The translations under genes were made by a program, and so were the position numbers. The notes beneath the pieces were generated by a model. It was given only the letters and a program-made list of their open reading frames with translations, did not search any database and was not told the DNA's origin. A stretch of 63,747 nucleotides of DNA, counting the filler, from Octopus bimaculoides (lineage: Eukaryota), in assembly GCF_001194135.2 (NCBI RefSeq). It is 5 parts of 5 records of this genome, joined end to end, with 100 filler letters (N's around TTAATTAATTAA, not from the genome) between each part and the next. Parts side by side here need not be neighbours in the genome. Positions count along the whole stretch, not along the records: positions 1 to 19,914 come from NC_068992.1; 4 more parts are not named here. The stretch is one strand, 5' to 3'. Positions 1 to 11,849 of this stretch are shown in pieces. Each line of letters begins with the position of its first letter. Position 1 is the stretch's first letter.

Positions 1-83
1 GAAATGAACAAAAAAATTTATTTTTTATTCAAATCACAGAAGTCATAACATAAATAACTTTAAGAGAGAGAAAGAGAGGAATG

Positions 84-243
84 TGTGTGTAGCCGTGTGG
101 TAAGAAGCTTGCTTCCCAACCATATGGTTCTGGGTTCAGTCCCGTTGCGTGGCACCTTGGGTAAATGTTTTCTATAGCCTCAGGCCAACCAAAGTCTTGT
201 GAATAGATTTGGTAGACAGAAACTGAAAGAAGCCCAACCTATA

Positions 244-277
<34 letters not shown>

Positions 278-682
278 AAGGGCATTATTACAGAAAATAA
301 TAACGCCACACAGTGGACTTCTCAAAATAACCACATTTAGTACCTAATGCGAAGAAAAACAACCAACAGAAGACGACCAACTTTCTTTTAAATAAACTTA
401 ACTGTGTATCAGCCGGTTTCGCGATTACTAGAATGAATCTAGATTTCGTTCATCAGCACCATATTGTCCCACAAATATATATAAATAAACAGAATTCTCA
501 CCTCACCAAAAACGAATATACATATATATATGTATATGTTGGTGTGTTTGTGTTTGTACCTTCACCATCACTTGACAACCGATGTTGGTATGTTTATGTC
601 CCTGTAATTTAGCAGTTTAGCAAGAGACCAATATAATAAGTACCAGGCTTACAAAGAATAAGTCCTGGGATCGATTAGTGTA
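84..682 (+). mobile_element. tRNA-head SINE family A, interrupted in its (TA)n tract by a 279-522 insert
   Basis: A-box-like GCCGTGTGG and B-box-like GGGTTCAGTCCC. The body and 3' half are homologous to the inverted copy at 14842-15219. Confidence 0.85.
404..459 (-). ncRNA. Degenerate type-I hammerhead ribozyme motif (HHR family 1) in a PLE-like insert
   Basis: Minus strand reads GUG-CUGAUGA-[ACGAAAUCUAGA uucau UCUAGUAAUCGC]-GAAAC-CGGCUG-AUA-CAC. Helix III region ACCGGCUGAU is a near palindrome; helix I is only 3 bp. Confidence 0.5.
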
Positions 683-707
683 TATATATATATATATATA
701 TACACAC

Positions 708-780
708 GCAAACGTGGCTTAATGGTTAGGCTGTTGCACTCATGGGTTCAATTCCCAGACTGGGCAGCACATTATGTTCA
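708..780 (+). mobile_element. SINE head fragment
   Basis: GTGGCTTAATGG A-box and GGGTTCAATTCC B-box; similar to the head at 2958. Confidence 0.6.
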
Positions 781-784
781 TGAC

Positions 785-1010
785 TACTTCCTGTTAGATA
801 CACTTTTTCCATGCATGAGCATATAAATGGCTTTTGAGTCCCGGGAGGTGTTTGAAAATTTGCATAACAAACAGTACAAATATGTCACTTCAAGCGATAC
901 AGTATTATTTGTCTTGTCTCATTTATGGATACTTAAATGCCTTTTTAGACCAGCATCGGACTTTACTGAAATGATTTTTGTGTCATTTGGGCCAGCTGTA
1001 TGGTAATGAA
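785..1010 (-). pseudogene. Decayed LINE 3' end with two C2H2-like fingers (GLKRHLSIH; CTVCYANFQT..GLKSHLYAH)
   Basis: Manual translation across frameshifts; resembles RTE-type C-terminal zinc fingers. Confidence 0.35.
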
Positions 1011-1479
1011 TTTCCGAGATGGGAAAGACAAGTCTTACCATACATCGAGCGTATGAAGGCTGACACTAATTCTATGTTCAGCAAGGTGTTATTTTACCAT
1101 CCAACCCATGTCAGTAAACAGAACAGACATTGAATGATGATGATGACGACAACAACAACAATGAGATATAGAAAATATAGAATATTTTGGCTGGAATTCT
1201 TTTGCAATGTTTTCTGTTGTAGTGTGTCATTTAAATGGAAGTAAAATTTTAAAAGAAGGATATGAACAAAGCAAGCTTCTCTGTAATTCTGCTACAAAGA
1301 ATATAAATGTTTCCATTGTGTTTCAAAGAATAAATTCATATGGAATTACAATAATTCTATTTCAATAAAATGTTTGGCCAGTAATAATTAAGCACACAAG
1401 ATACTGCAGTAATCTATTAATAGAGGTTTTGGTTAATTCATGGATTTATTCTATTTATAGTATTGTTTTGATGGCCACC

Positions 1480-2200
1480 GCCACGACCACCATGACCACA
1501 ACCACGACGACGACCACCGCTACCACCACCACCACCACAACCACAACGACGATAACGACGACCACCACCACAACCACCATCAGCAATATTACTATCACCA
1601 ATGCCAACACCAAAATTATGGTTGTGGGTCTTCTGCACATGGGAAAAAAGACAGGGTGGTCATAATTGGCATGTCTTTCCTCATAGGTTTACTCATTCGG
1701 GGATGAACTGAGAATAAACAGTAACAACATAGTCATGGTGGGGGAGAGATAGGGGTGGTGAACTGATGGGATTACTAGCAATGATTGGGGCTATATTTTG
1801 GCCATATTTATAATTGCATTTGTTTTTGTGATGCAGGTAGTAGTAGTAGCAGCAGCAGCAGCAGTAGTAGTAGGAGGAGGAGGAGTAGCTGGAGTTAAAG
1901 TTAAAGATGGCTGATAGGATATACCATATATAAGGCATATATGTGTGCGTGTGTGTGCGCGTGTGTGTGTCTGTGAGTGTTTGGGTGTGTGTGTGTGTAT
2001 TGGGTGTCTGTGTGTGTTGGGTGTGTATGTGTGTGTTAGGTGTGTGTGCATATGTTGGGTGTGTGTGTTTGTGTGTGTGCTGAGGTGTATGTGTGTTGGG
2101 ATGTGTGTTGGGTGTGTGTGTATGTGTGTTGGGCTTGCGTATGTGTGTGTGCATATGTGTGCTTGGATGTGTGTGTATGTGTGTTGGGGTGTGTGTACAT
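1480..2200. repeat. Mixed (ACC/ACG)n, (GTA/GCA)n and degenerate (GT)n microsatellites
   Basis: Direct reading; explains the poly-T/V/HT ORFs here. Confidence 0.95.
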
Positions 2201-2229
2201 TACAAAGTGGTTTTTGGTTTTACACTTAC

Positions 2230-2315
2230 CCACAAGAAACGTCGGGATTGACACGAAGAAGCCCGTCACAGCAATAAAACGACTACTAGAACATTCTTTC
2301 AGGTATTTAAAAGCT
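2230..2315 (-). CDS. TMEM221: Internal exon of TMEM221/Jiraiya-like gene (RAFKYLKECSSSRFIAVTGFFVSIPTFLV)
   Basis: Acceptor TTGTTCTTTCTTCAG| and donor G|GTAAGT; 86 nt. It joins in frame to the previous exon (AG|A = Arg) and matches TMEM221 [24 protein letters not shown]. Further exons must lie left of the window. Confidence 0.85.
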
Positions 2316-2460
2316 CTGAAGAAAGAACAAACAAAAATAAATAAATAAATAACAAAAAGAAAACTAAAATATTTTTTCACAAGTTGACAGTTAAGTAACA
2401 TATAGACTGATTCAGTTCCAGCATATTACTGGTATTCACTAGCACATAAGTGGAGTCATT

Positions 2461-2786
2461 AGTGCGTAGAACAAAATGTTATGCAATATTTGATTTTGCT
2501 TCTACTGAGGTTGACTTTGCCTTTTGTGATTGATAAAATAAGTACCAGTTGAGCCCTGGTGTTGATTTAATCAACTGGCCCCTCTACACCCCCAAACTGC
2601 TGGCCTTGTGCCAAAATTTGAAACCAAGTGCGTAGAACAAAATGTTATGCAATATTTGATTTTGCTTCCATTGAGGTTGACTTTGGCTTTTGTGGTTGAT
2701 AAAATAAGTACCAGTTGAGCCCTGGGGTTGATTTAATCAACTGGCCCCTCTACACCCCCAAACTGCTGGCTTTGTGCCAAAATTTG
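2461..2786 (+). repeat. 166-bp tandem duplication of a SINE family D body
   Basis: AGTGCGTAGAACAAAATG starts at 2461 and 2627; the two copies are near-identical. Confidence 0.9.
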
Positions 2787-2957
2787 ATTTTGCTAAGGTT
2801 AACTTTGTCTTCCATACAGCTGGGGGGAAAAAAGGTCAAGTAGCAGCACAGGGTGGGGGTTTAGCAGGTGAGATACCTCGTGATGTTTGTCTTGGTCCCT
2901 TTGCACTTTAAGCTTTTGGGTACTTACTGATGCTCTTCACTCCCTATGAAGCATGTC

Positions 2958-3200
2958 AATGCATGTGGCTTAGTGGTTAGGGTGTTAGGCTCATTATCAT
3001 AAGACTGTGGTTTCAATTCCTGGACCGGGTGATGTGCTGTGTTCTTGAGAAAAACACTTCATTTCATGTAGCTCCAGTCCACTCAGCAGGCAAAAATGAG
3101 TAATCCTGTGACAGACTGGCATCCCGTCCAGGTGGGGAATATATACGCTATGGAAACCGTCCCTTACGAGCCGGTATGATTTGAGAAAGTAACTTTACTT
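2958..3200 (+). mobile_element. tRNA-head SINE family C with CORE/V-like central domain
   Basis: A box GTGGCTTAGTGG, B box GGTTTCAATTCC, then TTCTTGAGAAAAACACTTCA...CCTGTGACAGACTGGCATCCCGTCCAGG. Inverted copy at 4240-4402. Confidence 0.7.
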
Positions 3201-3668
3201 TTTTTTTTGTTTTTACCAATGGAGCGTAGGTCAGTGTAACAACTTTTCTTCTCTGCTCTCGACTCTGGACAGTCTTTTTTGCACCTCTGTAGTTCGATCC
3301 CTGCTTTTTCAGTTCTGCCTTAGTATCTCACCTCCAGTTATTTTTATGGCATCCTCTCTTCTGCTTCTCTTGTGGGTTAGGTTTGGTGCTCAGAAGGGGT
3401 AGCTTCTTTGCAGCTTCTTTTGAGATTTCACTGCACTGCATAATATATTTCCAAGGAGCAGCATTCCTCTCTAAGGTCTTAGCATTTTTGAATTGTGATT
3501 GCTGCTTCAATAAATTTGCATATTTTTTTCTCTAGGTAGGAGTGTTGGCCCTACACAAATCTATATTTTACTTTTGGAAGAGGTGGTCCATGTTAGTCAG
3601 GCCCCTATCCCTTGATCTGCCCAGGATGGGAAACCCCCACCAGGAGGGTGGCATTACTCTCAGGGTCA

Positions 3669-3873
3669 ATTACAGATAAGTTCACTGCCATCAATTTACC
3701 ACAGGGAAAGTTTGCCTCCATCAATTCAGTGTGAAGAAAGTTCACCACGAGTAAAGTTTACTGGGAGGAAAGTTTACCAAGAAAATACATAAACAGTATC
3801 TTACCATTGATAGTTAAAAATTATTTTATTGAAAAAAAAAGGTGAATTGGTGACAGTGAACTTACCGGACATG
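3669..3873. mobile_element. MITE, MULE-like
   Basis: Imperfect ~28-bp terminal inverted repeats (GATAAGTTCACTGCCATCAATTTACC / GGTGAATTGGTGACAGTGAACTTACC). Flanked by a 10-bp direct repeat CTCAGGGTCA at 3659-3668 and 3874-3883. Confidence 0.55.
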
Positions 3874-4239
3874 CTCAGGGTCATTGAAGTACACAAATCA
3901 CCACACTGCTGCCACAAGAACTGGACCTTGTGACAGGAGCTCTTTGATGGAAGACGTGATTCTTCACCCAGTTTAACATCACTTTGGGTACCTTTTGTAG
4001 AATTCCCTTAGTTTTAAAACATTCAGGCTAAGTCTCTGGCTTGAAAACTTCCTTCTTTTCTTCCCTTAATCTCTGAGGCCCAGACAAAAACAAAGGATCA
4101 TGTGAGCTGATCTTCCCTCCCCATTTAATTAGTAAAATAATAATAATCCTTTCAATTATAGGCACAAGGCTTGCAATTTTGGGGGAATTGAAGCCACAAT
4201 CTTATGGTTGTGAATCCAACACCCCAACCATTAAGCGAC

Positions 4240-4402
4240 ACACCTCCATTAGTGGTACCTATTTCTACAACTGAGTGAACTGGAGCAATGTGAAATGAAG
4301 TGTTTTGCTCAAGAACACAATGCATCACCTGGTCCAGGAATTGAAATTGCAATCTTACGATTGTGAATCCGACACCTTAACCACTAAGCCACACATCTCC
4401 AC
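4240..4402 (-). mobile_element. SINE family C copy
   Basis: Reverse complement of the 2958-3120 head and core. Confidence 0.75.
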
Positions 4403-4535
4403 TAATGATGGACAGACTTGGGGCTAAACAGCATAAACAACAATGACATGTGAACAACTATAGAAGCAAACACAACAACAAATATCATGTTAATGTCAAT
4501 CGTTAACAAGAACAGCAAATTACAGACACACACAA

Positions 4536-4925
4536 GTTGTTGTTGTTGGCACTCCGTCGCTTACGACGTCGAGGGTTCCAGTTGATCCGATCAACGGAAC
4601 AGCCTGCTCATGAAATTAACGTGCAAGTGGCTGAGCACTCCACAGACATGTTTACCCTTAACGTAGTTCTCGGGGATATTCAGAGTGACACCATGTGACA
4701 AGGCTGACCCTTTGAATTACAGGCACAACAGAAACAGGAAGTAAGAGTGAGAGAAAGTTGTGGTGGAAGAGTACAACAGGGTTCGCCACCATCCCCTGCC
4801 GGAGCCTCATGGAACTTTTAGGTGTTTTCGCTCAATAAACACTCACAACGCCCGGTCTGGGAATCGAAACAGCGATCCTATGACCGCGAGTCCGCTGCCT
4901 TAACCACTGGGCCATTGCACCTCCA
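4536..4925 (-). mobile_element. Near full-length tRNA-head SINE family B with (CAA)n tail
   Basis: Head GGAGGTGCAATGGCCCAGTGGTTAAGGCAG..GTTTCGATTCCC; internal hairpin GTTCCGTTGATCGGATCAACTGGAAC. Homologous pieces at 20990-21125, 28174-28290 and 31330-31575. Confidence 0.88.
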
Positions 4926-4977
4926 CACACACACACAAGTACACCCAAGCCAAGCGTAAAGAAATATGTCCACTCAC

Positions 4978-5238
4978 CTTTGGTCTCCCTGATTGACGTT
5001 AAGTATCTTGGAAGCGAAAAAACACTGCATTGCACACACCATAAGGCAACATGCATTGAGCATGATGACTAGGGTGGTGAGCGCAGTTGTCACTTCCAGG
5101 AGGTCGTTGTAATTACTGGTACTGTTGAACAGGTAGACATGGCCCAGCTGCACTGCATTCTGTTCCTGGTACAGCACAAACAGCAGCTGTAGTGACAGAC
5201 CAACGAGAACCAATGCAGCTAACGACAGTAGACCGAGG
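4978..5238 (-). CDS. TMEM221: Internal exon of TMEM221/Jiraiya-like gene, two TM helices (LGLLSLAALVLVGLSLQLLFVL...LLEVTTALTTLVIMLNACCLMVCAMQCFFASKIL)
   Basis: Acceptor TTCTTTTGTTCTCTGCATTCCAG| and donor AG|GTGAGT; 261 nt open, phase 2-2. The peptide aligns by eye with human TMEM221 TM1 ([20 protein letters not shown]) and TM2 ([21 protein letters not shown]). Confidence 0.88.
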
Positions 5239-5554
5239 CTGGAATGCAGAGAACAAAAGAATCAGAGATGTGAAGGGTGAAGCTTGACTGACAGTGGTCA
5301 ACTCACGCTAGATTATTATTATATGAAACTTTTAAGAACTTGATTCAGGTCAAATGGTGGATAATTTGAGAGAGGTCAAACAATGGGATATGATGAAGGT
5401 CTGGATGGGGGTGGGCAGAATTACATAAACACAGTTCAAATGATGTAGATCAAATTATAATGACTAGTGTTATTGGATGTAGGTTAAATGTTAATGGTAA
5501 TGTGAGATGGTTATATGAAACTGTGGGTGCCTGATGAAGATCAAATAAGAGGGA

Positions 5555-5990
5555 TCGAATGAGCGGAGTCAAATGAGATTGGATCAAGTAAAAGAGATCA
5601 AATGTGAGGAGTTAAGTGGGAGGGGTCAAATGAAAGGAGTCAAATGAGAGGGAGGAGTCACGTGAGAGTGGGTCAAGTAAAAAAGATCAAATAAGAGGGG
5701 TTAAATAAAAGGATTCAAATGAGAGGGGTCAAATGAGAGGGGTCAAATGAAAGGAGTCAAATGAAAGCAGTCAAATGAGAGGGGTCAAATGAAAGGAATC
5801 AAATGAGAGAGGTCAAATGAGAATGGGTCAAATAAGAGGGTGTGAAATGAGAGGGTTGAAATGAAAGGGGTTGAATGAGAGAAGTCAAATGAGGGAGTCA
5901 AGTAAGAGAGATCAAATGAGAGGGGGTCAAATGAGAGGGGTCTAACGAGAGGAGTCAAATGAGAGAGGTCAAATGAGAGGGGTCAATGAA
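5555..5990 (+). repeat. Minisatellite, ~14-bp unit GGTCAAATGAGAGG
   Basis: More than 20 degenerate tandem copies read directly. Confidence 0.9.
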
Positions 5991-6749
5991 GGGGTAAACT
6001 ATTAGAACATAATTCAGATGATGTAGATTAAATTAGTTATTTAATATCAGTCAAATGACAGTTAATAAAAAGAGTCAAACGAGAGAAGTAAAATTAGAGG
6101 CCAATTATAAAAAGAAAAGGAACATTAATTAGATGATGGGGACCAAACAATTGTAAGTGTTGTTTAGCCCACATCATTCTTAATTAAAGAGGTCTTTGAT
6201 CAAAAGCATTCTAGCTGTGACCATCCAGTCTTTATCTTGGGTACTGATTATCTTGGGTACTGATTATGTTTTTAATGACGAGGGAGATTTGTCAGCTATT
6301 TCTAGCAGGTGAAGTTACTACATAGAGGCTTCCTTGATGACAATGGTTAGTAGATGATGGTCAAATATGGCTGGTCAGTGATATATGCATATCATTTAAT
6401 GTATGCCGCATAAAGATAAGAGCTACTAATAGTTTCATGCTATGAAGATATGTGGCTAGGCAGGTTTTTATAATGTGCCTTGTGTCTTCAAGCAATCTTC
6501 AGGCTTGGATACACAAGGTACATTATAATCTTGGAAGCAGAAAAACACTGCATAGCTCACACCATAAGATATAATCTTGGAGACACAAGGCATGTTATAA
6601 AACTCTGTCTAGTCATGTTTCCATAGCAAGAAACTGTCAGTAGCTCTTATCATTATACAATGTGCATTTAACGATATCTATCGCTCATTGGATGGAGTAC
6701 ATTTTTTTTGTTGATCTTAACAGAACAGTAAACTATGTATATGTATATC

Positions 6750-7437
6750 CCAGCTGTAAACATTTTTAGATAAACAACATATAGGAATCTCATTAACAAT
6801 TTTGTCTTTGGTGTCTTTTCTCTGACAGACCATATTTAGCCTATATATATTTATTTGAAATCAAATGTGATAGTGGCATATGCCCGCAGGTTTATATGCA
6901 GAAGCAATGTGATATAGTGTACTAGTCAAGCCTTTCTAGATAGGATTGGTGAGATAAGTGGTGCAAAGTGTCTGCAGTAAGAAATAGAAATTGAGTTAGT
7001 TTCTAGCAGACTTCACCTCTACAGAGTCCACTATATAAAACTATAAAACATAGAGCAAAGTATTATGATTTGGTAGGAAATGTCCAAACGTTATTATTAT
7101 TATTTTTTTTTTAATCAATAAATAATTCCCATTACGTTTTGTTGTCATCAACACTTTATAATCTATTACTGTACATAGACATCAACAAGTTGTTTTCCTG
7201 TTTTTATAATCAAAATAAACCAAATATCAAACAGAATTGATAGTACATCAGTAAACAAGTTGGTACCATAATGATAATTACATCTGATAACACACAGAAT
7301 ATGAATTAATAATTGAATCTTTTTATGAAATGATTCGGCTATCAACCAAAGTTAAATAGAGTTAATATAAGTTTAATAGAGATTAATTATGTCTTTATGG
7401 AATTAAACATTACATTAACTCATTTGGGAAATAATTG

Positions 7438-7469
<32 letters not shown>

Positions 7470-7820
7470 GAATATTTCTGTTTCCTCAGTTGCTATGGCT
7501 TAGATTTGTAGCACAAACATTGGCTGAGTCCCAAACGTTAACTGACTGTCTAAGAGTTCAAACTGTAATCACTGTTTTCAGATGTGAAAATAATTATTAA
7601 CACTAAACAAGATTCTGTCAAGGATTGATGACATTAGTGACTAACCTTTTAGAACTCTGGTAAAAGCATTAAGCTAGTTGACCAGAGAAAACACAATAGA
7701 AACAGCAGATGCTTAACACATTATAATTCCAGTTGTAAACATTTTTAGATAAACAACATATGGGAATCTCATTAACAATTTTGTCTTTGGTGTCTTTTCT
7801 CTGACAGACCATATTTAGCC
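6750..7820. repeat. 92-bp direct repeats (6750-6841, 7729-7820), 2 mismatches, 979 bp apart
   Basis: Direct comparison. Confidence 0.9.
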
Positions 7821-8559
7821 GATAGATGGATTGTTTTTTTTTTAACTAACCAGTGGTTGTGACACAGCTAAAGTCAACTAGCAGCAGGAACTTACGCCAC
7901 TCAACTTTGGCTATGAAATTTGATGACTTCAACAATCCATTATCATTGCTGACACAAATACATATCTCTTACACACCCATAAACTGATTCACTTGATGGT
8001 ATCAGATCTCTTTTTCCATCATTGTAGTCTTTGTTATAGATTGTTCTACTGTATAATGTTTCTCTGCTTGTTTTCACCTCCCATCATCTCTAAAGCTCAC
8101 CATCCTAAAATCTCATTATTTTTTCACAAATACTAATATGACCTTCCTCTTCTACGAACATCTTCCACCAACAAACTAAAACATTTTGTCTCCAATCAAT
8201 CATTGTCTTTTCACATTATGTCACATGTCCATAAGAAAGCAGTCACCACTCCTACATACTTTGATGTCTTTCTATCAAAGTATTTTCTTAAACTCAACTT
8301 TGCTCAGTTCCTCATGCATGTTAACATTACACATCTGAAAGATAGTCCTTGTCTTATTTCTATACAAGATCTGCATATCATCTACATTCAATGCTCATAT
8401 TTCACTGCCATACACCACAACACTTCTTATATTTACTTGTACAATCAGCCTTTCAAACAAATAGAGAAATTCTTTATTGCTAACAGAAGCAACAATTCCA
8501 TAAACTTCTTTTCTCACTTCCTTATTTAATTAGGTTTTACAGCAAATACCATCAGCATT

Positions 8560-9300
8560 AATTAGACCCAACCTTTCAAGTAATGGTGGTGATTCCCCTT
8601 TGTCTACCCAGCACATCTATGCAGGCCAGAATGACTTACTAAAACAATCTCTACTGTTCCTCATGATTTTTTCACCATATTTTACTCATTTTTGGACTTG
8701 GAACTTTTTCTTTGTCACTTCATAGAACTGGGTTGAAATAACTCACTGCTTAAGTTTTTCTGTTGCCCATGGACACACTGCATTTGTTATTTTCAGTTTT
8801 TTTAAAATTTAAAACCAAAAAAACTTACTCATAACAAAGTTATGATCCGAACCTGCATCTGTGCCACACCACGTACTAATGTCTTGTAGGAATGACCAGC
8901 ACCTGAGGATGATGCAAATGTAGTCAATCACATCTGCTGTGTATTTTCCGCTAGGCGAAATCTATGTTGTCTTATGGATTCATTTGTGAATGAAGAAAGC
9001 ATTACCAATGCCAACACCATAGAAGCTGCTTAGCATTAGCAATGTTTTATCATTATCATTTGTGTTATTAGCAGAATCATGCAGTCCAACAGTAGAGAGA
9101 ATTCCATATCCGACACTATCCAACTGGGCATTGAAGTCTCTAACAACTAACATGATGGAACACAATTTAACAAGTCCCATAGTTGATCATAGAACCATTA
9201 TTTTATTCTGTCCAAGTTCACCTAACTGTCTTGAATAATTATCAGGCGAATGTGTGAAGGTTAGCTTATAATGCTAAGCTTAAATCTTCCAGGAGACCCC
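8560..9300 (-). pseudogene. RTE-type LINE APE endonuclease remnant
   Basis: RDFNA (GDFNA), NDNDKTLL, GNAFFIHK.IHKTT*ISP, IDYI and GSDH motifs, with stop codons. Confidence 0.8.
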
Positions 9301-9472
9301 AGATTTATAACATATCATATGTGATGGCACAAAAGGTGCATGCCAATTTCAGCAGCACATATTCAGGGGAAAATATTTTTAGTTCATTAAGACATGTAAT
9401 GCAGACCCAACTTAAAATATAGGACCAGGGGTGATGTTTTGAAACATTTTTTTTGTATTACCATCAAATACA

Positions 9473-9695
9473 TTATTTACATTCAACAGATATTTGTCCT
9501 CATCTTGTTTGTTGTTAACACAATGTTTCAGCTGATATACTCTCCAGCCTTCTTGAAATTTCCCCAAGATACCTGAAGAAGGTTGGAGGGTATATCAGGC
9601 GAAACATTGTGTTAACAACAAACAAGATGAGGACAAATATCCATCAAATGTAAATAATGTAAATAATTCCTCATCTCTTAAATATAGAACTGTAT
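9473..9695. mobile_element. PLE-like non-autonomous insertion: inverted partial repeat plus forward copy carrying a decayed HHR (9568-9613), 11-bp TSD
   Basis: 9473-9553 is the reverse complement of ~9577-9660. TSD CATCAAATACA at 9462-9472 and 9696-9706. Same family as 56150-56374. Confidence 0.8.
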
Positions 9696-9949
9696 CATCA
9701 AATACAGTTTAGACTCTACTCACCACTTGGCTCAAACATGTCCAGATCCTACAATATATTTTACACCATAAGCTTATGTGATGGTGCATCTAGAGTCATG
9801 GCCAAAAGTCTGAAACATTTTTCAAAAAATTAAAATTGTTATGCCCAATATACACTCTGACCAAATATAACTTCAGGCATTTAATATAAAAATTCTAAGT
9901 TTCAGACCTTTGTTACAAACTTTTGGCCAAGTAATAATATATCGCAAAT

Positions 9950-10365
9950 TAAATATAACTATGGGCATGTCTTGCAAACAACTCGCACATGCAAGTGCTA
10001 CCAGTCGAGAAATCCGCATACCGGAAGCCAGTAAGTGTATAGGGTCATCAGGAGAGAATGCGCGCCGTTTCAGGGCCTACCTCTCAACAGCATCAATGGG
10101 CACCGGCCTCCCACTCACTGATATGAGGCCCCACTTGCTAGATCAACTGGTTATTAAATATAGCTCAATAGCTCTCTAGCCATTGCTCATCGTCTCTTTT
10201 TAACCAAATCCAGTGGCTAGCCTTCTCCACTGTAGTTTGGATATCCCTCATGGTGGTATTTACCTTACGATGAGTTAGGCCTAACGATAACAGCAGTCAT
10301 CTTACACTGTGTCCAACAAACCCTCTACATCCAGCTGCGATTGGAAAATGCTGAGCTTCCCAGAA
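9950..10365 (-). pseudogene. R2/Hero-type non-LTR retrotransposon C-terminus and probable 3' UTR
   Basis: Manual translation gives WEAQHFPIAAGCRGFVGHSVR*LLLSLGL...VEKASHWIWLKRDD, typical of the restriction-like endonuclease tail of Hero elements. Confidence 0.7.
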
Positions 10366-10750
10366 ATTTTAATTTTCAGACCCATGTTCCAAACTTTTGA
10401 CCATGGCTGTATTGAGCACAGGTAAAATAAAATTAACGGCTCTAAAATGCCATTAAATAGTGTGCATATTATAAATAAATTTCTAATGCTTATTTAATAA
10501 AAATATGCATGTTTTGCATAAAATCATTTTGGGTGGCGGTTATGGCATGTTTAGCTTTCTTGTAAACAGTACATCTTGTAGCTTGGTCATTTCAACATGA
10601 AATCCAGGAGAATGGAAATACCTTAACTGGAAAACAAGAAAGGGTTGGCAACTGGAAGGGCATCCAGGGATTGGATTCTGCATCAATAAATCTCACTCAA
10701 CCTATGTCAGTGAGTGGGGTGGGGAGAATGGAAGCAAAAACATGGTGACA

Positions 10751-10782
<32 letters not shown>

Positions 10783-11208
10783 GATGGTGATAATGATAAT
10801 GATATTGATAGTAATAATGATAGAGAAAGTGAGAGAGAATTATATACATACAAGGAAGGAAGAACGAAACAAGATAGCTATGATACTTAAGTAAATGCTT
10901 AAAATGATATTCTCTTTCTTTCTATAAATCATATTCACATGAAAAAAAAAAAAAAAAAAATTAGTGTTAAATAAAAATGAAATCAATATTTGATAGCCAT
11001 AAGAGTTTGGAGTGAGGTCAGATATAATAGGAAAGCAATGAGCAGCAGTAATGAGTACAACCGTGGCAACAAAAAAACTACACCAACAATTACCAGAAAA
11101 CTATGAAGCGTAGGAGCATTCTCATGCAGCAATATAGTTAAAGTTAAGCAAAGATGAAAAGGTCATTTGTGTGTGTGGTGTGTGTGTGCATGTGTGTGTC
11201 TGTATCTG

Positions 11209-11249
<41 letters not shown>

Positions 11250-11659
11250 TTATCTGTCTGTCTGTCTCTTATCTATCTGTTTATTTATCTATCTATTTAT
11301 CTATCAGTCTGTCTATTTGTCTCTATCTATCTGTCTGTTTGTCAGTTTGTCTGTCTATATACACATTTATTTCACTCCCCCATCATTTTTCTCTCCCCTC
11401 CCATCCTTTCTGTATAAGAGCGTAGGCTCAAAACATTAAAGACCTCTTCCATTTTTCCAGAGCAATTATTGAGGCACATATAGAATTTTTGTATATATGA
11501 GCCTACAAACAAACATCTATATTCCGGGTGTATAACCACGCATCCTGATATGTATCTAGATATTTACTCTTCCACATGCACACCCATACATTCATATTTC
11601 TACATGCGTGTACAGAGCTATATCAAAATATGTTCATGTATGTCAGTACATCTTTTCAG

Positions 11660-11830
11660 GGGGAAAAATGTGAAAACAGCAAATCGACCCCAGGACTTAT
11701 TTTTTTTATGCTTAGTACTTATTCCATCAGTCTTTTATGGCTGAACCGCTAAGTTACGGGGATGTAAATACACCAACACTGATTGTCAAGTGGTGGTGGT
11801 GGTGGTGGTGATGGGGACAAACACAGACAT
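11660..11830 (-). mobile_element. SINE family A 3' half
   Basis: Homologous to 14900-15040. Confidence 0.8.
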
Positions 11831-11849
11831 GAAGACACGCTCACATAGA

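Noticed and set aside
1455-1830. Hydrophobic minus-strand ORFs as the next TMEM221 exon
   Set aside because: Hydrophobicity comes from (GTG)n repeats, and the phase-1 join at the best acceptor hits a stop in four codons.
5531-5560. CTGATGAAGATC..GATCGAAT hammerhead-like
   Set aside because: At the minisatellite edge, lacks GAAA and a cleavage triplet; likely chance.
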